DNA of 64,000 nt. It comes from Octopus sinensis (lineage: Eukaryota). The stretch is taken from positions 12,214,001 to 12,278,000 of the forward strand of contig NC_043003.1 of the NCBI RefSeq assembly GCF_006345805.1, written 5' to 3'. Positions within the stretch are counted from its first letter, which is position 1. Each line of letters begins with the position of its first letter. Below the pieces are notes generated by a model. The model was not told the origin of the DNA. It saw only the letters and a list, made by a program, of their open reading frames with translations, and made no database searches. The translations under genes and the position numbers were made by a program. Shown here one piece after another: positions 24,926 to 38,049 of this stretch.

Positions 24926-26864
24926 GTGAGAGATGATTTAATAATCTATTTTTATTCTTATTCATTTTAACATTTTCTTTTATTTCCTAATGTTTCTGAT
25001 TGAACTCAACTATGGTGGTTTGTTTTATTCTACATAAAATTCATTGTGCTTTGTCTTTGAACTCATTTAACAATGCTAAGTTCCTGCCGTCTCCTTTCCA
25101 GCATACTGATCTTGATGCCACAGATCTCTTGAGGACCATTCTACTCCAGTATTTCATTCTTAGTCATGTTTTTAAATACAATTTTATTCATCCTGCTGTG
25201 AAGCATTAAGACTATTATTTTTTTTTTATGTCTTCATTGAGATCAAACTTGTCAGTATACAGAACTATTGTTTTCAGGTCCATATCTTTTGCAGTGCTGT
25301 CTCAACAAATAGGATGCAAACAAGAAAATTGCAGCAAAGCTGCATAATAGTGGGTGTCAGATGTGGAATGCACACCACCATATTACTTGTTTGACAGTGC
25401 ATTTTTATTCTCTTCCATTTTATTTTGACATGCACATTGCATTTTTATTCTCCTCTTCTGTTTTATTTCGACATGTGCATTGCGTTTTTATTCCTTTCTT
25501 CCGTTTTAAAAATTCAGTGTGCACATGTGCATTGCATGTTCATACTTCTTTTTCCGGTTTCTACTCAAAACTGTTTACAGATCACAACCATCTCACGAAT
25601 CTCTGTTAGTGAGGTGCACTTCACACTCCGATGGTTGTGGAAAGATAGTTTCTTTTTTATACATATCCTCCTACATTTCTTCTTTAACTTCTTCACTGTG
25701 TTCATATCTGATATTTAGCACCTCTCTATGTGGTTTGTATAGCTTTCATGAGTCATTCCACCCAAAACTAGATTCTTCATTGCCCATTTGAACAAATGAG
25801 AATATGGGACCCTGAAGCATTTAGGTTAAAAAGTAGAAGCAAATAAAAATAAATAAATAAAAAAATAACTCTGAAAGTTGTTGAAATAATAAACCTAGAA
25901 AGTTCAAACTGAGAGAGAAAATATAAAAAAAAAAGGGAAAATTCTAGAAGTTTATAGTTAGGAGCAAAATATTTTATAGACAATGTGCTGCATGTAAAAC
26001 ATGTTTACATTTTAATATAAATGTATTTAATTAGTGGGAGTTAATTGAGCCATTATTATCTTGATAAGATACTTCTGAACCAGAATTTAAATGTTAAAAT
26101 CAAGTAATTTGCCTTCTTCTGGAAGAACTGTGATAAAGAAAGAATGGGCGGTTGTGTAATTTTGGAGTGTTGTTCCTTTCAAAGAACATCTGACTGACTT
26201 AACTAAAACTTGAAAGACAAAATGATTATTATTGTTGTTGTTTCATGAAGCATTTTGGAAAGTGTTTTCATCTGAAGAAATTAGCAGTATTAAGGAGAAA
26301 ATAAAGAAATTTCTCTTTCTCTCCTTTTCATATATTCTTTCTCTCTCTCGCTCTCCCAAGTTATTTTTCTTTTCTTCCTCTTCCATATTTCCCCTCTGTT
26401 TTGTTCTTGAGACTTCTCTCTCTCTAAATCATTTGGATATAGAGGATGATAGACATTTTGATGAGATTTTTACTAGGATATTAACTGTCTACATATTTTA
26501 TTTACTTATTTCCCATATATATCTCTCTCTCCTCTCTCCCCCGCCCCCTCACACACACACATCTGTTTGTATCAAAAGTGCAAGCAACTGTTACGCAGCA
26601 ATTTGGTAATTTCCTGTCCCTATCTTCTTTTGTTTTATTGCAGATGTTCTTATTTAAACACTTATACAGAGTAGACCTTTTATCTCAATGAAACAAATGT
26701 TACATCTGGATATTTCACACATGTGCATAAAGTAATGATGTTTCACTATCAATGTGTCCACCTTCCATTTTCGAAATGATGGTTAAATCTGTTACAATGA
26801 ATATTTAGCTTTCCTAAAGGTAAAATGGTAAGAATGAATGTTGAGGTTATTATACCAGCATGTA

Positions 26865-28086
26865 TTGTGTTGAGTTAAAAGTTTTGCAATATTTTGGTAA
26901 CTTAGTTGCTTTATTCATCAACTTACAAAAAAAGCAGCCTAGCATTTAAAGTAGAGGCCATAATGTTGCACCATCCGAGCTGCCTTTCTGCCAATTCTTT
27001 GATCCAATGCTGATACCAGTTCTTGTCTTCTGAGGCAAAGAACTCCTTCACTGAAGCTTCTACCTTCTTTTTGAAGTGGGCCATGGATTGGAACAAGTAG
27101 TAATCCGAGGGAGATATTTTTCCGCAATTCTAACATGCATAAGCAGTCATTAAGCAAGATTCAGCTTCCGGATCCTGTCTCCTAACATGTGCATTTCAAA
27201 CATAAGGTGATGCTTTGTATCTGGTGGAATTATGATGGGATAATTCACTACAAGTTCATTCCAGACAGTCAAACTAGTGATGCTAACCTGTGTTCTGAAT
27301 ATTTGGAGTGGACGTCAAAAAATCAAATGGAAATTGTGGTTGTGATACCTGTGCCGGTGGCATGTAAAAAGCACCAACCGATCGTGGCCGTTGCCAGCGC
27401 TGCCTTGACTGGCTTCCATGCCGGTGGCACGTAAAAAGCACCAACCGATTGTGGCCGTTGCCAGCCTTGCCTGGCACGTAAAAAGCACCCACTACACTCA
27501 TGGAGTGGTTGGCGTTAGGAAGGGCATCCAGCTGTAGAAACACTGCCAGATCAGACTCTAGCCTGGTGCAGCCTCCTGGCTTCCCAGACCTCGGTCAAAC
27601 CGTCCAACCCATGCTAGCATGGAAAGCGGACATTAAACGATGTTGATGATGATGACGTATGCCATTGAGTGGCAAAAATATCTGGCATTGGTTAAAAGAA
27701 AGTGACCTCTTCTACAACAACATAACTCAAGACCTCACGCTGCTTGAATGTCTTGAGATAAACTGAAGGAACTGAACTGGTGCCACACCCAGTATATTGT
27801 CCAGACCTACTCCCCTTTGATTATTATTTGTTCCAATCCATGGATCACTTCTTTATCTTGTGATGCTTCATCAACCAAGAAAAGGTAGAAGCTTCAGTGG
27901 AAAGTGTTCTTCATCATGAAGGACAAGAACAGGTGCCAACATGGAATCAAAAGAACTGGCAGAAAGGTGGCTTCAAACAGTGCAACTCAATGGCTTCTTG
28001 TTTGAATGCTTGGCTGCTTTTGTTGTAACTTGACAAATAAAGCAAATAAGTTACCAAAATCTTACAGAACTTTTGACTCAAAACGA
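26865..28086 (+). mobile_element. Rearranged non-autonomous mariner (DD34D) element with long inverted 3' arms
   Basis: TA at 26863-64 and 28087-88. Transposase remnants KHKVMLCIWWNYDGIIHY (27189-), HNSRPHAA, PHPVYCPDLLPFDYYLFQSM (~27785-). The C-terminal coding region plus TIR is also present inverted at 26865-27120. Confidence 0.85.
27322..27656 (+). mobile_element. RTE 3'-UTR copy inserted in the mariner
   Basis: 60-bp repeats, GGAAGGGCATCCAGCTGTAGAAAC, (GAT)n tail. Confidence 0.9.
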
Positions 28087-28804
28087 TATATCCTGGATTT
28101 ATGATTGTCAGCAAATTTTCAGTGGATTGTCACATGATTTTCTGAACACACACACACACACATGCACGCATGCACACACACGTCAGAACTAATTTATAAT
28201 GATTACATTGTAAACACAATCACATGACACTCAATGCAAAATACCTATAAATCTCTACTTGCCTCATACTACCTGGTATACTGACAGGAGGTACCATTCT
28301 CTCTTCCCAAATAAGCAGTTATCAACAGTGAGAGCATCATGCAATAATAGGACATATTTGAACTGTAAATATTCCAGCCAGGTCAGAATGGCAAGGTGTA
28401 TTTAATCCCTTTGGTACCAGCCTGCTTGTGACTACCTCTGGTTCTATGATACATACTTCCTGTTTTGAAGATATCTAAATTAAAATTTTGCATTAAAATT
28501 TCATGTCTATGTTCCGAACATCAGCTTAATGATAGCTAAGTTATTTTACAATATACTTCATTACTTTCAAAATGAATTAAGTCAATGTAGTTCAAAAGAA
28601 AGTGTATTTTAACAAAAGAGTTAAAGCAGAAATGTCTGTCTCATGTCTTATTAAGTGAAATATATTTTAAAAAAACAAAGAAAAAACTGAATGAACACAG
28701 AAAAGAGTTTTCTTTTTTTTTCTTTCAAACATACATTGTTAAATTATGATTATATATTGTAGAGAGATCATAATATCTCTCAATGTGTTGGGTTATTTAG
28801 TAAA

Positions 28805-29135
28805 GGCACATGGCTCAGTGGTTAGAGCGTCAGGCTCTCAATCATGAAGTAGTGAGTTCGATTTTTGGACCAGGCTGTGTGTTGTATTCTTGAGCAAGAC
28901 ACTTTATTTCACGTTACTCCAGTTCACTCAGCTGTAGAAATTAGTTGCGACATCACTGCCTAGCTGTATCAGCCTTTGCTTTTTTTTCTTGGATAACATC
29001 TGTGGCATGGAGAGGGGTGGCTGGTATACATAGGTGATTACTGGTCTTCCATAAACATCCTTGCCTGGACTTGTGCTTCAGAGGGGAATTTTTTAGGTGC
29101 AATCTCATAGTCATTCATCACCAAAGGGGTCCTTT
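28805..29135 (+). mobile_element. tRNA-derived SINE (family B2; inverse copy ~47835-48145)
   Basis: AGGCACATGGCTCAGTGGTTAGAGCG..GAGTTCGATT head; shared 3' half. Confidence 0.8.
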
Positions 29136-31316
29136 ACCCTCTAGCTTATCTGTTGATGCTGCAATCTCTTTCATTTTCAGGTTTGGTGTTGTTTTCAATT
29201 AGATGTATTATCTTCATTGTGTCTGGTCTCTGTTTGTACACAATGCATTTTCTAATGAAAATGATTATTGAACATATGATATTTTGCAATAATATTACAT
29301 ACATGTTCTGGTGTGGCTGTGTGGTTAAGAAACTCCACATGGTTTTGGGTTCAGTCCCACTGTATGACACCTTGGGTAAATGTCTTCTGCTATACCTCAG
29401 GGATGAGCAAAGCTTTGTGAAAGGATTTGGTAGACAGAAACTTAAAGAAGCCCATTGTATATATAAATATATATGTATACATATGTGTGTATGTTTGTAT
29501 TTCTTTGTTTTGAAAACTTTAAATAAAGAGTGAAATATTTACTTATTAATATACTGGCTACCACTAGTTTCATATAAGAATGCAGACACTAAGTGGGTCT
29601 ATAGGAAAATTCTACATTCATTAGGTATAGTTAAACCATCTGATTTATAACAATGGATGCATTTGTTATTCAAACACAGGCCTGATGAATGTAGGATTTT
29701 TCTGTAGAACCACTTAGGGTTTACTTCTTACATGAAAGCAGTTGTAATCTGCATAGTTATACCCATCAGTAAGTAAATATCATATATTTCACCTCTGGAA
29801 TTACATACTTGAAAGATATCTATGGTAGAAGCATATCAGAAAAATTGTTTGTTTTGAATAGTGTTTGATGTTAAGAATAATAGCCAGCATTTAAAACGAC
29901 ATGCAAACATGAGAATTTCTTATAGATTCCAGCTATTGTTGCTTGCATAGTAAAATAGATACTAACATAAATATTGTCTCCAACTTGAAATGAAATTGCT
30001 TTCTTTTCTTCCTTTTAACAACTACCATTTTGTCAGCCAATCTATTTTTTGTTATGGGGAATATACAAATTTATCAAGGCACCATATACCATATTTTTAG
30101 TAAATAGTCATATTTTACTCTTATGAATATCCACAGCCTTTAATCTATTACTACTTAATATACTCTGCTCTGAACCCAAGCCCAGTAAATCATCTACAGG
30201 TTTCAGAATCTGAAAAATTCATTCTCCATATATTAGCATTACAATAATTGTCTATTTACACGCATGAGACTTTGTTTTGTGCGTATGTGTGTCTGTCTGT
30301 GTACGTAGGTGTGAGTGTGTTAGTGTACATGTGTCTGAAAATGTGAGATGATCGAAGTGTTCTTCAATGATCAACCCTATTCTTTTCCAGCAGCCACTGA
30401 GTGTTTTCCCATATTATTTTATTTCTCTATCAATTTTTTTCTTATTTTTCTTACCTAATTCATTTATTTATTTATCTTCATTTTCCTTTCTTTTTCTTTC
30501 TGAAACCGTAGACGACAGGAAACAGTTCTAAACTGATAATTTTCTCCTAGTAAAAATGTGTCATTACTTAGCATTCATTGGAATTGATTGCATGTTCTTA
30601 ACATAACAGATGAAAAGGCAGTCAGTGTTCTATTTGTTGTTGATCGCATTCAATCAAAATAAAATAAACAAGGAGATATAAAAAAAAAATAGTAGGAAAG
30701 AAAAATTGGTTTTATCGATGTTTCATGCAACTCGACTCCCACTGTAGTAATGTGTAACATATCTTATTCAGAATAGGCACTGAGATGTTATCCTAAAAAC
30801 CCAGTCTAGGTGAGAAAGGATTAATTGATTCCTACCATGTTTGACATAAATTTATTCTACTTTGAGCAATTTTTACTTTTAAGAATTTATGTTGGGATGG
30901 TATTTTGTTTGTAGTTTTGCTTTTTTTATGCATGTGAAAAACTGTAAAAACAAACATCTTCATTCAATATATATGTTCTTTGTGTGTGTGAGAGAGAGAG
31001 AGAGCAGTGTTTTGTTGATGTTGGATTTTTCAGCAATAGGATTAGTAAAGCAATAATTCTATTAGAACCTTTATCCTTTTATGAAGACTTCCAAACTATA
31101 TTGATGGTTGAGAGAATGACAACAACCTGAATTAACAAGGTTTTGTTGGTTTTGTTGTTTTGTATTTGTCTTTTTTCTCTTAGTTTTTTCTATTTCTAAT
31201 TCTATATCCCCTTGCTCGAATATATTAGATAGTTCCCCAAATTTAGAGAATTTGCATGGACTTTTACTTCAGATATTTTATACCTATAAACCTTTGCTAA
31301 TATTAACTGATAGAAA

Positions 31317-32055
31317 GGGTGCTGAGCTGGCAGAATTGGTGGCACACTGGGCAAAATGCTTAGTGGCATTTCATCTATCTTTACATTCTGAGTTCAAGTT
31401 CTGCAGAGGTTGACTTTGCCCTTCATTCTTTCAGGATTGATAAAACAAGCACCAGTTGAGCAGGGCTGGATTAAGACCCGCAGAGGCCCAAAGCACTTAA
31501 AAGATTTTGGTGCTCCCATATATATATATATATGTAATTCAAAATATAAATAATAATAAACCATAACATAAATTTTTATTTTTCAAAATGATACTAAAGT
31601 AACAGAAAAATGGGAAAAAAATGTGTTATTTTTCCATACTTCCACTTTATTTATATTTGGAAAGTTTTCTCCTATATTTTTTTAATTTTACTTGTTTCAG
31701 TCATTTGACTGCAGCCATGCTGGAGCACCGCCTTTAGTCGAGCAAAATTGACCCCAGGACTTATTCTTTGGAAGCCTAGTACTTATTCTATCAGTCTCTT
31801 TTGCCGAACCGCTAAGTTACGGGGACATAACCACACCAGCATCGGTTGTCAAGCGATGTTGGGGGGACAAACACAGACACACATACATATGTATATACAT
31901 ATATATTCAGTTTCCGTCTACCAAATCCACTCACAAGGCTTTGGTCAGCCCGAGGCTATAGTAGAAGACACTTGTCCAAGGTGTCACACAGTGGAAATAA
32001 ACCCAGAACCATGTGGTTGGTAAGCAAGCTACTTACCACACAGCCACTCCTGCAC
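31317..32055. mobile_element. SINE C(+) ~31317-31462, hAT-like terminus 31462-31520, full SINE A(-) ~31686-32055
   Basis: Family motifs. Confidence 0.8.
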
Positions 32056-32529
32056 CTAATTGCAAGAGTGTCTTTGATCTGATCCTCAGTATGACACCAT
32101 GAACACTTCAGAATTATATTTCTGATCAGATAAACCACTTTGAATATTACTTTAGCAAGTTTCATGTGATTTTTTTTCTTTTGTGCCATAAACCATTTAC
32201 CATTTCTTTGGTTCCCTAAGCATGTGCTTATTTTGCTTAATGGTTAATCCAGCACTGCATTTGAGTGCTAGAGTTGATGCAATCATCTTAACCCATCCTC
32301 TGAACTTGCTAGCCTTGAGCCAAAATTTGAAACAAGCATTTTGGAGATCAAATCCTACCGAGATTGACTTCATTTTCCATCCTTTCGGGGGGTTGATAAA
32401 ATACATACTGGGGTCAATATAATTGACTTGCCTCCTTGCCCAAAATTGCTGACCTCGTACCAAAATTTGAAAGCAGTATTAACAGATAGATAACTAGGTG
32501 TTATTATTATGTTCAGTAAGCTCAAACAG

Positions 32530-32835
32530 AGGAGTTGCAATGGCCCAGTGGTTAGGGCAGCAGACTTGCAGTCGGAGGATTGCGGTTTCGATTCCCAGAC
32601 CGGGCGTTGTGTGTGTTTATTGAGTGAAAACACCTAAAAAGCTCCACAAGGCTCCGGCAGGGGTGGTGGCGACCCCTGTTGTACTCTTTCCCCACAACTT
32701 TCTCCCACTCTCTCTTCATGTTTCTTGAGTAACGCTGCGATGGACTGGCATCCCGTCCAGCTGGTGGGAACACATATGCCACAGAAACCAGGCCCATGAG
32801 CCTGGCTAGGCTTGAGAAAGGCGATGTTTATCATT
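32530..32835 (+). mobile_element. tRNA-derived SINE (B-type variant)
   Basis: A box TGGCCCAGTGG, B box GGTTTCGATTCC; GCTGCGATGGACTGGCATCCCGTCCAG segment. Confidence 0.85.
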
Positions 32836-33319
32836 TTTTCTTAAGCTCAAGCAGAGGAAAGCAGAGCAATAGGATTGAACTAAGAGTTTCATGCAGCTAT
32901 ACTGCATTTTCATCTCCTAGCCTTTCATTAAATTATCATCTAAAATCCAACTCATTAAGCTTTAATCTTCCGACTTCTTGTTGTAAATCTACTTTTTGTA
33001 ATTCTCCCCTTGCATGTATCATCTATCTATTGATATTATTAGTACTTCTTTGTATCAAATATTATTAGTAATAATATTTAATGAATTGTTTACTGTTATT
33101 GTGTACAGGACTTGGCTTGGTGCAGGCTCAGCTGTATGGTTAAGTATCTTGCTTTGCAATCACATGGTTTCAGGTTCAGTCCCACTTCACGATACTCTGG
33201 ACAAGTATCTTCTACTACAGCTTTTGGTTGACTGATGCCTTGTGAGTGAATTTGGTAGTGGGAAACCTATTGTGTTTGTGTGTGTCTTTGTGTCTGGGTT
33301 TGTCTCTCCCCTCGACTTG

Positions 33320-33884
33320 TGGAGGCACGTGGCTTAGTGGTTAGGGCGTCAGCACCATGATCATAAGATTGTGGTTTCGATTCCTGGACTGGGCAACGTG
33401 TTGTGCTCTTGAGCAAAACATTTCATTTCACGTTGCTTCAGTTCACTCAGCTGGCAAAAATGAGTAACGCTGCGATGGACTGGCGCCCCGTCCAGCTGGG
33501 GAACACATACGCCATAGAAACCAGGAAACCAGGCCCATGAGCCTGGCTAGGCTTTAAAAGGGCGCATTTATTATTTGTGTGGAGGCACATGGCCTAGTGG
33601 TTAGAGCAGTGGACTCGCGGTCGAAGAATCGCGGGTTCGAATCTCAGACCGGGTGATATGTGTTTATGAGCGAAACACCTAAACTCCATGCAGCTCTGGC
33701 AGGAGGTAATGGCAAATTTCTGCTGACTCCTTTACTACAACTTTCTCTCACTCTTTCCTCCTACATCTTGCAGCTCACCTGTGATGGACTGGCGTCCCGT
33801 CCAGGTGGGGAACCTATATGCCACGGAAACCGGGAAACCGGCCCTAATGAGCCAGGCATGGCTCGAGAAGGAACAAACAAACAA
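33320..33884 (+). mobile_element. Head-to-tail SINE heterodimer (33320-33576 + 33577-33884) nested in a family A SINE (~33120-33990)
   Basis: Single 14-bp TSD CTCCCCTC(G/A)ACTTG at 33306-33319 and 33885-33898. Confidence 0.85.
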
Positions 33885-34404
33885 CTCCCCTCAACTTGAT
33901 AACTTGGGTTAATTTGTTTGACTAAAACTTTTGAAGGCAGTGCTCCAGCATGGCCTCAGTTCAAGGGCTGAGACAAGTAATAGATAAAGATATTAGCACT
34001 GTAGAGTTTATCATTTCAAAGCTGAGTCACATTTGCTTAACATTACTATAGTTAGATTTGAATAGAAAAATAAATCAAAACATAGACTTGTGCTAAAGGC
34101 TATTGACTGATGGAACATCCTGTAACCATCAGAAAGCAGAAATGATTTAAGTAAAATAACGACATTAAATCAAAAATTTTTAATGAACAGTCATAAGTTT
34201 GTTTATGCAACATGATTGCTTTAGGCATATATTTTGAGGATAAATATAGTAAGCACCTCTGTAAAAGGGGAAAGAGCTAATTAGTTATTTGTCAAGTCCA
34301 TAAAATAGTTTTGTTTTACCTTTCAACTACAACTCTTAAGGATACTGAGAAAATATTTTTGATTGATTTTTATTTTCCTTTTATAAGTTTTGTAATATTA
34401 TTTG

Positions 34405-35090
34405 TGTAGGTGTGGCTGTGTGGTTAAGAAGTTTGCTTCCAAACCACATGGCTTTAGGTTCAATTTTACTGTGTGGCACCTTAAGCAAGTGTCTTCTAAT
34501 ATATCCCCAGGTCAACTAAAGCCTTATGAGTGGATTTGGTTGATAGATACTGAAAAAATTGAAGGTGGCAAGCTGGCAGAAACGTTAACACGCCGGCTGA
34601 AATGCTTAGTGGTATTTCGTCTGCTGTTACATTCTGAGTTCAAATTCCGCTGAGGTTGACTTTTCCTTTCATCCTTTCAGGGTCGATAAATTAAATACCA
34701 GTTACGCACTGGAGTCGATGTAATTGACTTAATCTGTTTGTCTGTCCTTGTTTGTCCCCTCTGTGTGTAGCCCCTTGTGGGCAATAAAGAAATAAGATGC
34801 TGAAAAAATCTTGTGTGTGTGTGTGTGTTTGTTTGTGTTACCTTGCCTTGATATCATGTAATTGTTGTAACTGAATGTCACCCATTTCCAAAATTATACA
34901 AAAGCATGTCTGGCCACGGGGATATATTACTTTGCTTGGAAACAGGTACGGGTTGGCAACAGGAAGGGTATCAAGCCATAGAAAATCTGTCTCAGTAAAC
35001 TCCATCTGACTCATGCAAATATGGAAAAGTGAATATTAAAGCATTGATGATGATGATGGTGGTGGTGGTGATGATGACGATGATGATGCA
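34405..35090 (+). mobile_element. Family A-head SINE with RTE-like 3' end and (GAT)n tail, interrupted by SINE C (34560-34795)
   Basis: TSD GAT(A/G)CTGAAAAAAT at 34546-34559 and 34796-34809. 3' part GGAAGGGTATCAAGCCATAGAAA..CATGCAAATATGGAAAAGTG..TTAAAG..GATGATG resembles the RTE terminus. Confidence 0.75.
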
Positions 35091-35329
35091 GACCTCAGTG
35101 GATAGGGAAGAGCACCACATAGAATATTTGTATTATTTAGTTACGTTCTTTTCCATTCTGAGCTTAAATCCTGCTGATTTCAACATATAACTTTCGTACA
35201 ATAAAATGATTATAATCAAAAACTTGGGTTCGTTTTAGTTAATTGTTTGTTCCTTCTCACGTGCCGGTGTTAGAAACCAATATTGTACAAATACCCAATA
35301 ATTACATTACACTGAACATGACTTAGTTA

Positions 35330-35358
35330 TGCTCATCATCCTCACCACCACCTCTTCC

Positions 35359-35391
<33 letters not shown>

Positions 35392-35529
35392 GTTGCCATT
35401 ATTAGCTTCCCGTACTTTAGTCCACATAGACTAAAAGAATACATACCTTCCAAAAGAAGATTACAAGTAACAGGTTATAATTATCATTATTATTATTATC
35501 ATCATCATCATCATCATCATTATTATTAC

Positions 35530-35577
<48 letters not shown>

Positions 35578-35951
35578 TTCATCTCATTTAGAAAAACTCT
35601 TTAATATCTTCGTCTTTTAAATGACAAAGAATTCAAAGAAAATTGAAACAGGAAGGAAATGGAATATCAGGATGTGATTATATTGTCAAACTGTGTCTTA
35701 AATTACATTCAGTCAGCCATTATGTTCTTCAAATAATTTGTCGAGTTTCCATTCTGTTCTCTTATGATATATAAAAGTGTTTTTAAATCCACCTGTTGAG
35801 TTAGCATTACTACATAGGCTTTCTCAATCCAATTTTTGAAATTGTTCCTACATCTATTGAAGCAAGAGTACACTTGGGAAAATTTAGATTTTATGCGTGA
35901 ACTAATATCGCTTTTCAGTAATTCAGCAGCTAGCAATGCATTGTTGCCACC

Positions 35952-35982
<31 letters not shown>

Positions 35983-36305
35983 CCACCATCACCATCTCCA
36001 CCATCACCATCATCTCCATTACCATCATCATCACCAGTGTCACACCATCACCACCATCATCACATCTGCCATCATGACGACGACGACCACCATCATCACA
36101 ACCACTACTGTTATCACCACGACTACTATCACCACCATCATCACAATTGCCATCACAACGACGACCACCACCACCACCATCATGACGAACGTGACCACCA
36201 TGACCACCGCCATCATCACTATCACTACCACCATCACTACGACCACCATTTCTAACATCACCATCAGCACCACTATCATCGTCACCACTACCACCACCAT
36301 CCATC
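35330..36305. repeat. Compound trinucleotide microsatellites (CAC/CAT/TAT)n at 35330-35575 and 35945-36305
   Basis: Direct reading; explains the His/Thr/Gly-rich ORFs in the track. Confidence 0.9.
35818..35917 (+). CDS. Candidate exon, RGS-domain-like helix pair (AFSIQFLKLFLHLLKQEYTWENLDFMRELISLF-)
   Basis: CATAG|GCT (in-frame stop directly upstream), A|GTAATT donor; phase 0 start fits exon 24925. LFxxxLKxEYxxENLxF aligns without gaps to the RGS consensus LFREFLKSEFSEENIEF. The opposite strand is also open and the acceptor is weak. Confidence 0.4.
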
Positions 36306-37526
36306 CGTTTTTTTTTTTTTTACGTGCTGACATGAAATGGACAGGTTGTCATGGTATATATCATCTTACACTCACAGCAGCAACAAAAAGAAACTCGTCT
36401 TCTTTGATGTTGTGTATGTCTTAGATGTAATTAATTTATCATGCCACTACTAAAGAACTATCTCATGTGAGAAGAACTGTATCAGTTCTTATTCAGATTT
36501 GCTGTCTCCTTAGACAATGCAGCTTACAAACGTTTTTTTTTTTGCATACTTTCTTATGTTGGGATGCTCTTCCCATCACCAACCAGTTTATAGTGCACTG
36601 GGTGCATTTTATCATGCCAACTTCACTGGAAAGGTTGTCCCTTGTGCAAGTAGGACTTCAGATTTGCCTTTACCTTTTATAAATATTTTTATTTCTTCAA
36701 GTTACTGTCCTCTTAGATGAGTGAGCTGCAGTATGGCTTAATTTCCGGTGGAACAACCTGCACAAATAATTTGTTTATAATGATCAAGTGTTTATGCTTC
36801 TCCCTCGATCTTGTATAGGTGCACTGTGTGCCACACATCAAATGTCAAAGTGATTGCAGAGTAATGAGAAATAGTATTTTGCTCAAGAATGCAATGCACT
36901 GTCTGGTCCAGGAATAGAAACCATAATCTTGTAATCATGAATGCAGTACCCTAACCACTAGGTTACATACCTTCACAAGGTAACACAGTTGCATTTACAT
37001 AAAAAGCCTGTTGATTATTGATTGATTTGAATTAATTTTCGCGGGGTTTGTTAAGCAAGAGATTTGTAAAGACGTTATCTACAATTAGGATTGATGAACT
37101 TTTACAGTAGTTCCAGCAGTCATTCTTGTAAATGTTCTTGAAGCAAAGTGTCACAGTCAATTTTTGTTGCTGTTGTGGAACTAGTTTTTTGGGTTTGTAC
37201 TAATTCTTAGGTTCAGATGCAAAGAGATTTCAAGTTTGAAATCTTCAAAAAAAGAAAAAACAGGTTCAAAAGCTTTAAACTAAACCACAATTTCTCAGTA
37301 TTTCTCACAGCAAGGATTTGAAAGATTTTATTTTTTATTGGACGTTTCTCATAGATAGTAATTGCTGAAACAGTCTCAGTGTTTTTCTTCCTTATACTTA
37401 AAAAGACCTAAAGTGAAATCAGAGCTAGGCATCATCTGGATTGTGCCAATGGAGTAAGAGGCCTGCTTTGTTATAAACCAGTTATGGGCAACCTTTTTCA
37501 AGAAGCAGGTCACACTACTAAAAATT

Positions 37527-37713
37527 GGTGTTAGGAAGGGCATCCAGCTGTAGAAACTTTGCCAGATCAGATTGAGTCTGGTGCAGCTTCTGGTTCACCA
37601 GTCCTCAGTCAAACCATCCAAACCATGCCAGCATGGAAAGCATACATTAAATGATGATGATGATGAGATCAGTGACAGATTTTATTTTTTACAGTACCCT
37701 TAATCTAGTGGGC
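37527..37713 (+). repeat. Inverted local copy of 38018-38206 (RTE tail plus its unique flank) with 16-bp TSD
   Basis: TSD CACACTACTAAAAATT at 37511-37526 and 37714-37729; only a few mismatches to the source. Confidence 0.9.
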
Positions 37714-38049
37714 CACACTACTAAAAATTCTCAAGGTAACTGATTGTTAGGTGTGGCATTCAGTAAGTTGCAGTTTGCATAAGCCAGAAAATGGTGCTCC
37801 AACAAGGCTTTGTTGTGATGGGGTTAAAATATAAAGAACATCATTCCCACAATCAAAAATAAAGAAAAGAATTAAACATGATACTAATTTCAATCTGAAG
37901 GTTATTACATTTACAAAGCTTTTAAACAACAGCATTCCAGTTAGGAAGTTTGGAATAATAAGCAAAAAGCTGGTACGTGGTTGTAAAAAACTAAAATCAC
38001 TATAAGGCAGATGCCTCAGATTAAGGGTACTGTAAAAAATAAAATCTGT

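Noticed and set aside
25390-25510. Three ~38-bp imperfect tandem repeats
   Set aside because: Low-complexity, probably subterminal repeats of an old DNA element; no further structure evident.
29678-29720. CTGATGA motifs at 29678, 19932(-), 18757(-), 21850, 24545(-), 59457(-)
   Set aside because: No adequate GAAA, stem II or stem I; consistent with chance or other repeats.
33581-33650. tRNA-like sequences (also 7356, 28805, 32533)
   Set aside because: A and B boxes are present but there is no acceptor stem or full cloverleaf; these are SINE heads, not tRNA genes.
35836-36424. His/Thr/Gly-Asp-rich ORFs on both strands
   Set aside because: Trinucleotide microsatellite; only the first ~30 codons are non-repetitive and are treated separately as a candidate exon.
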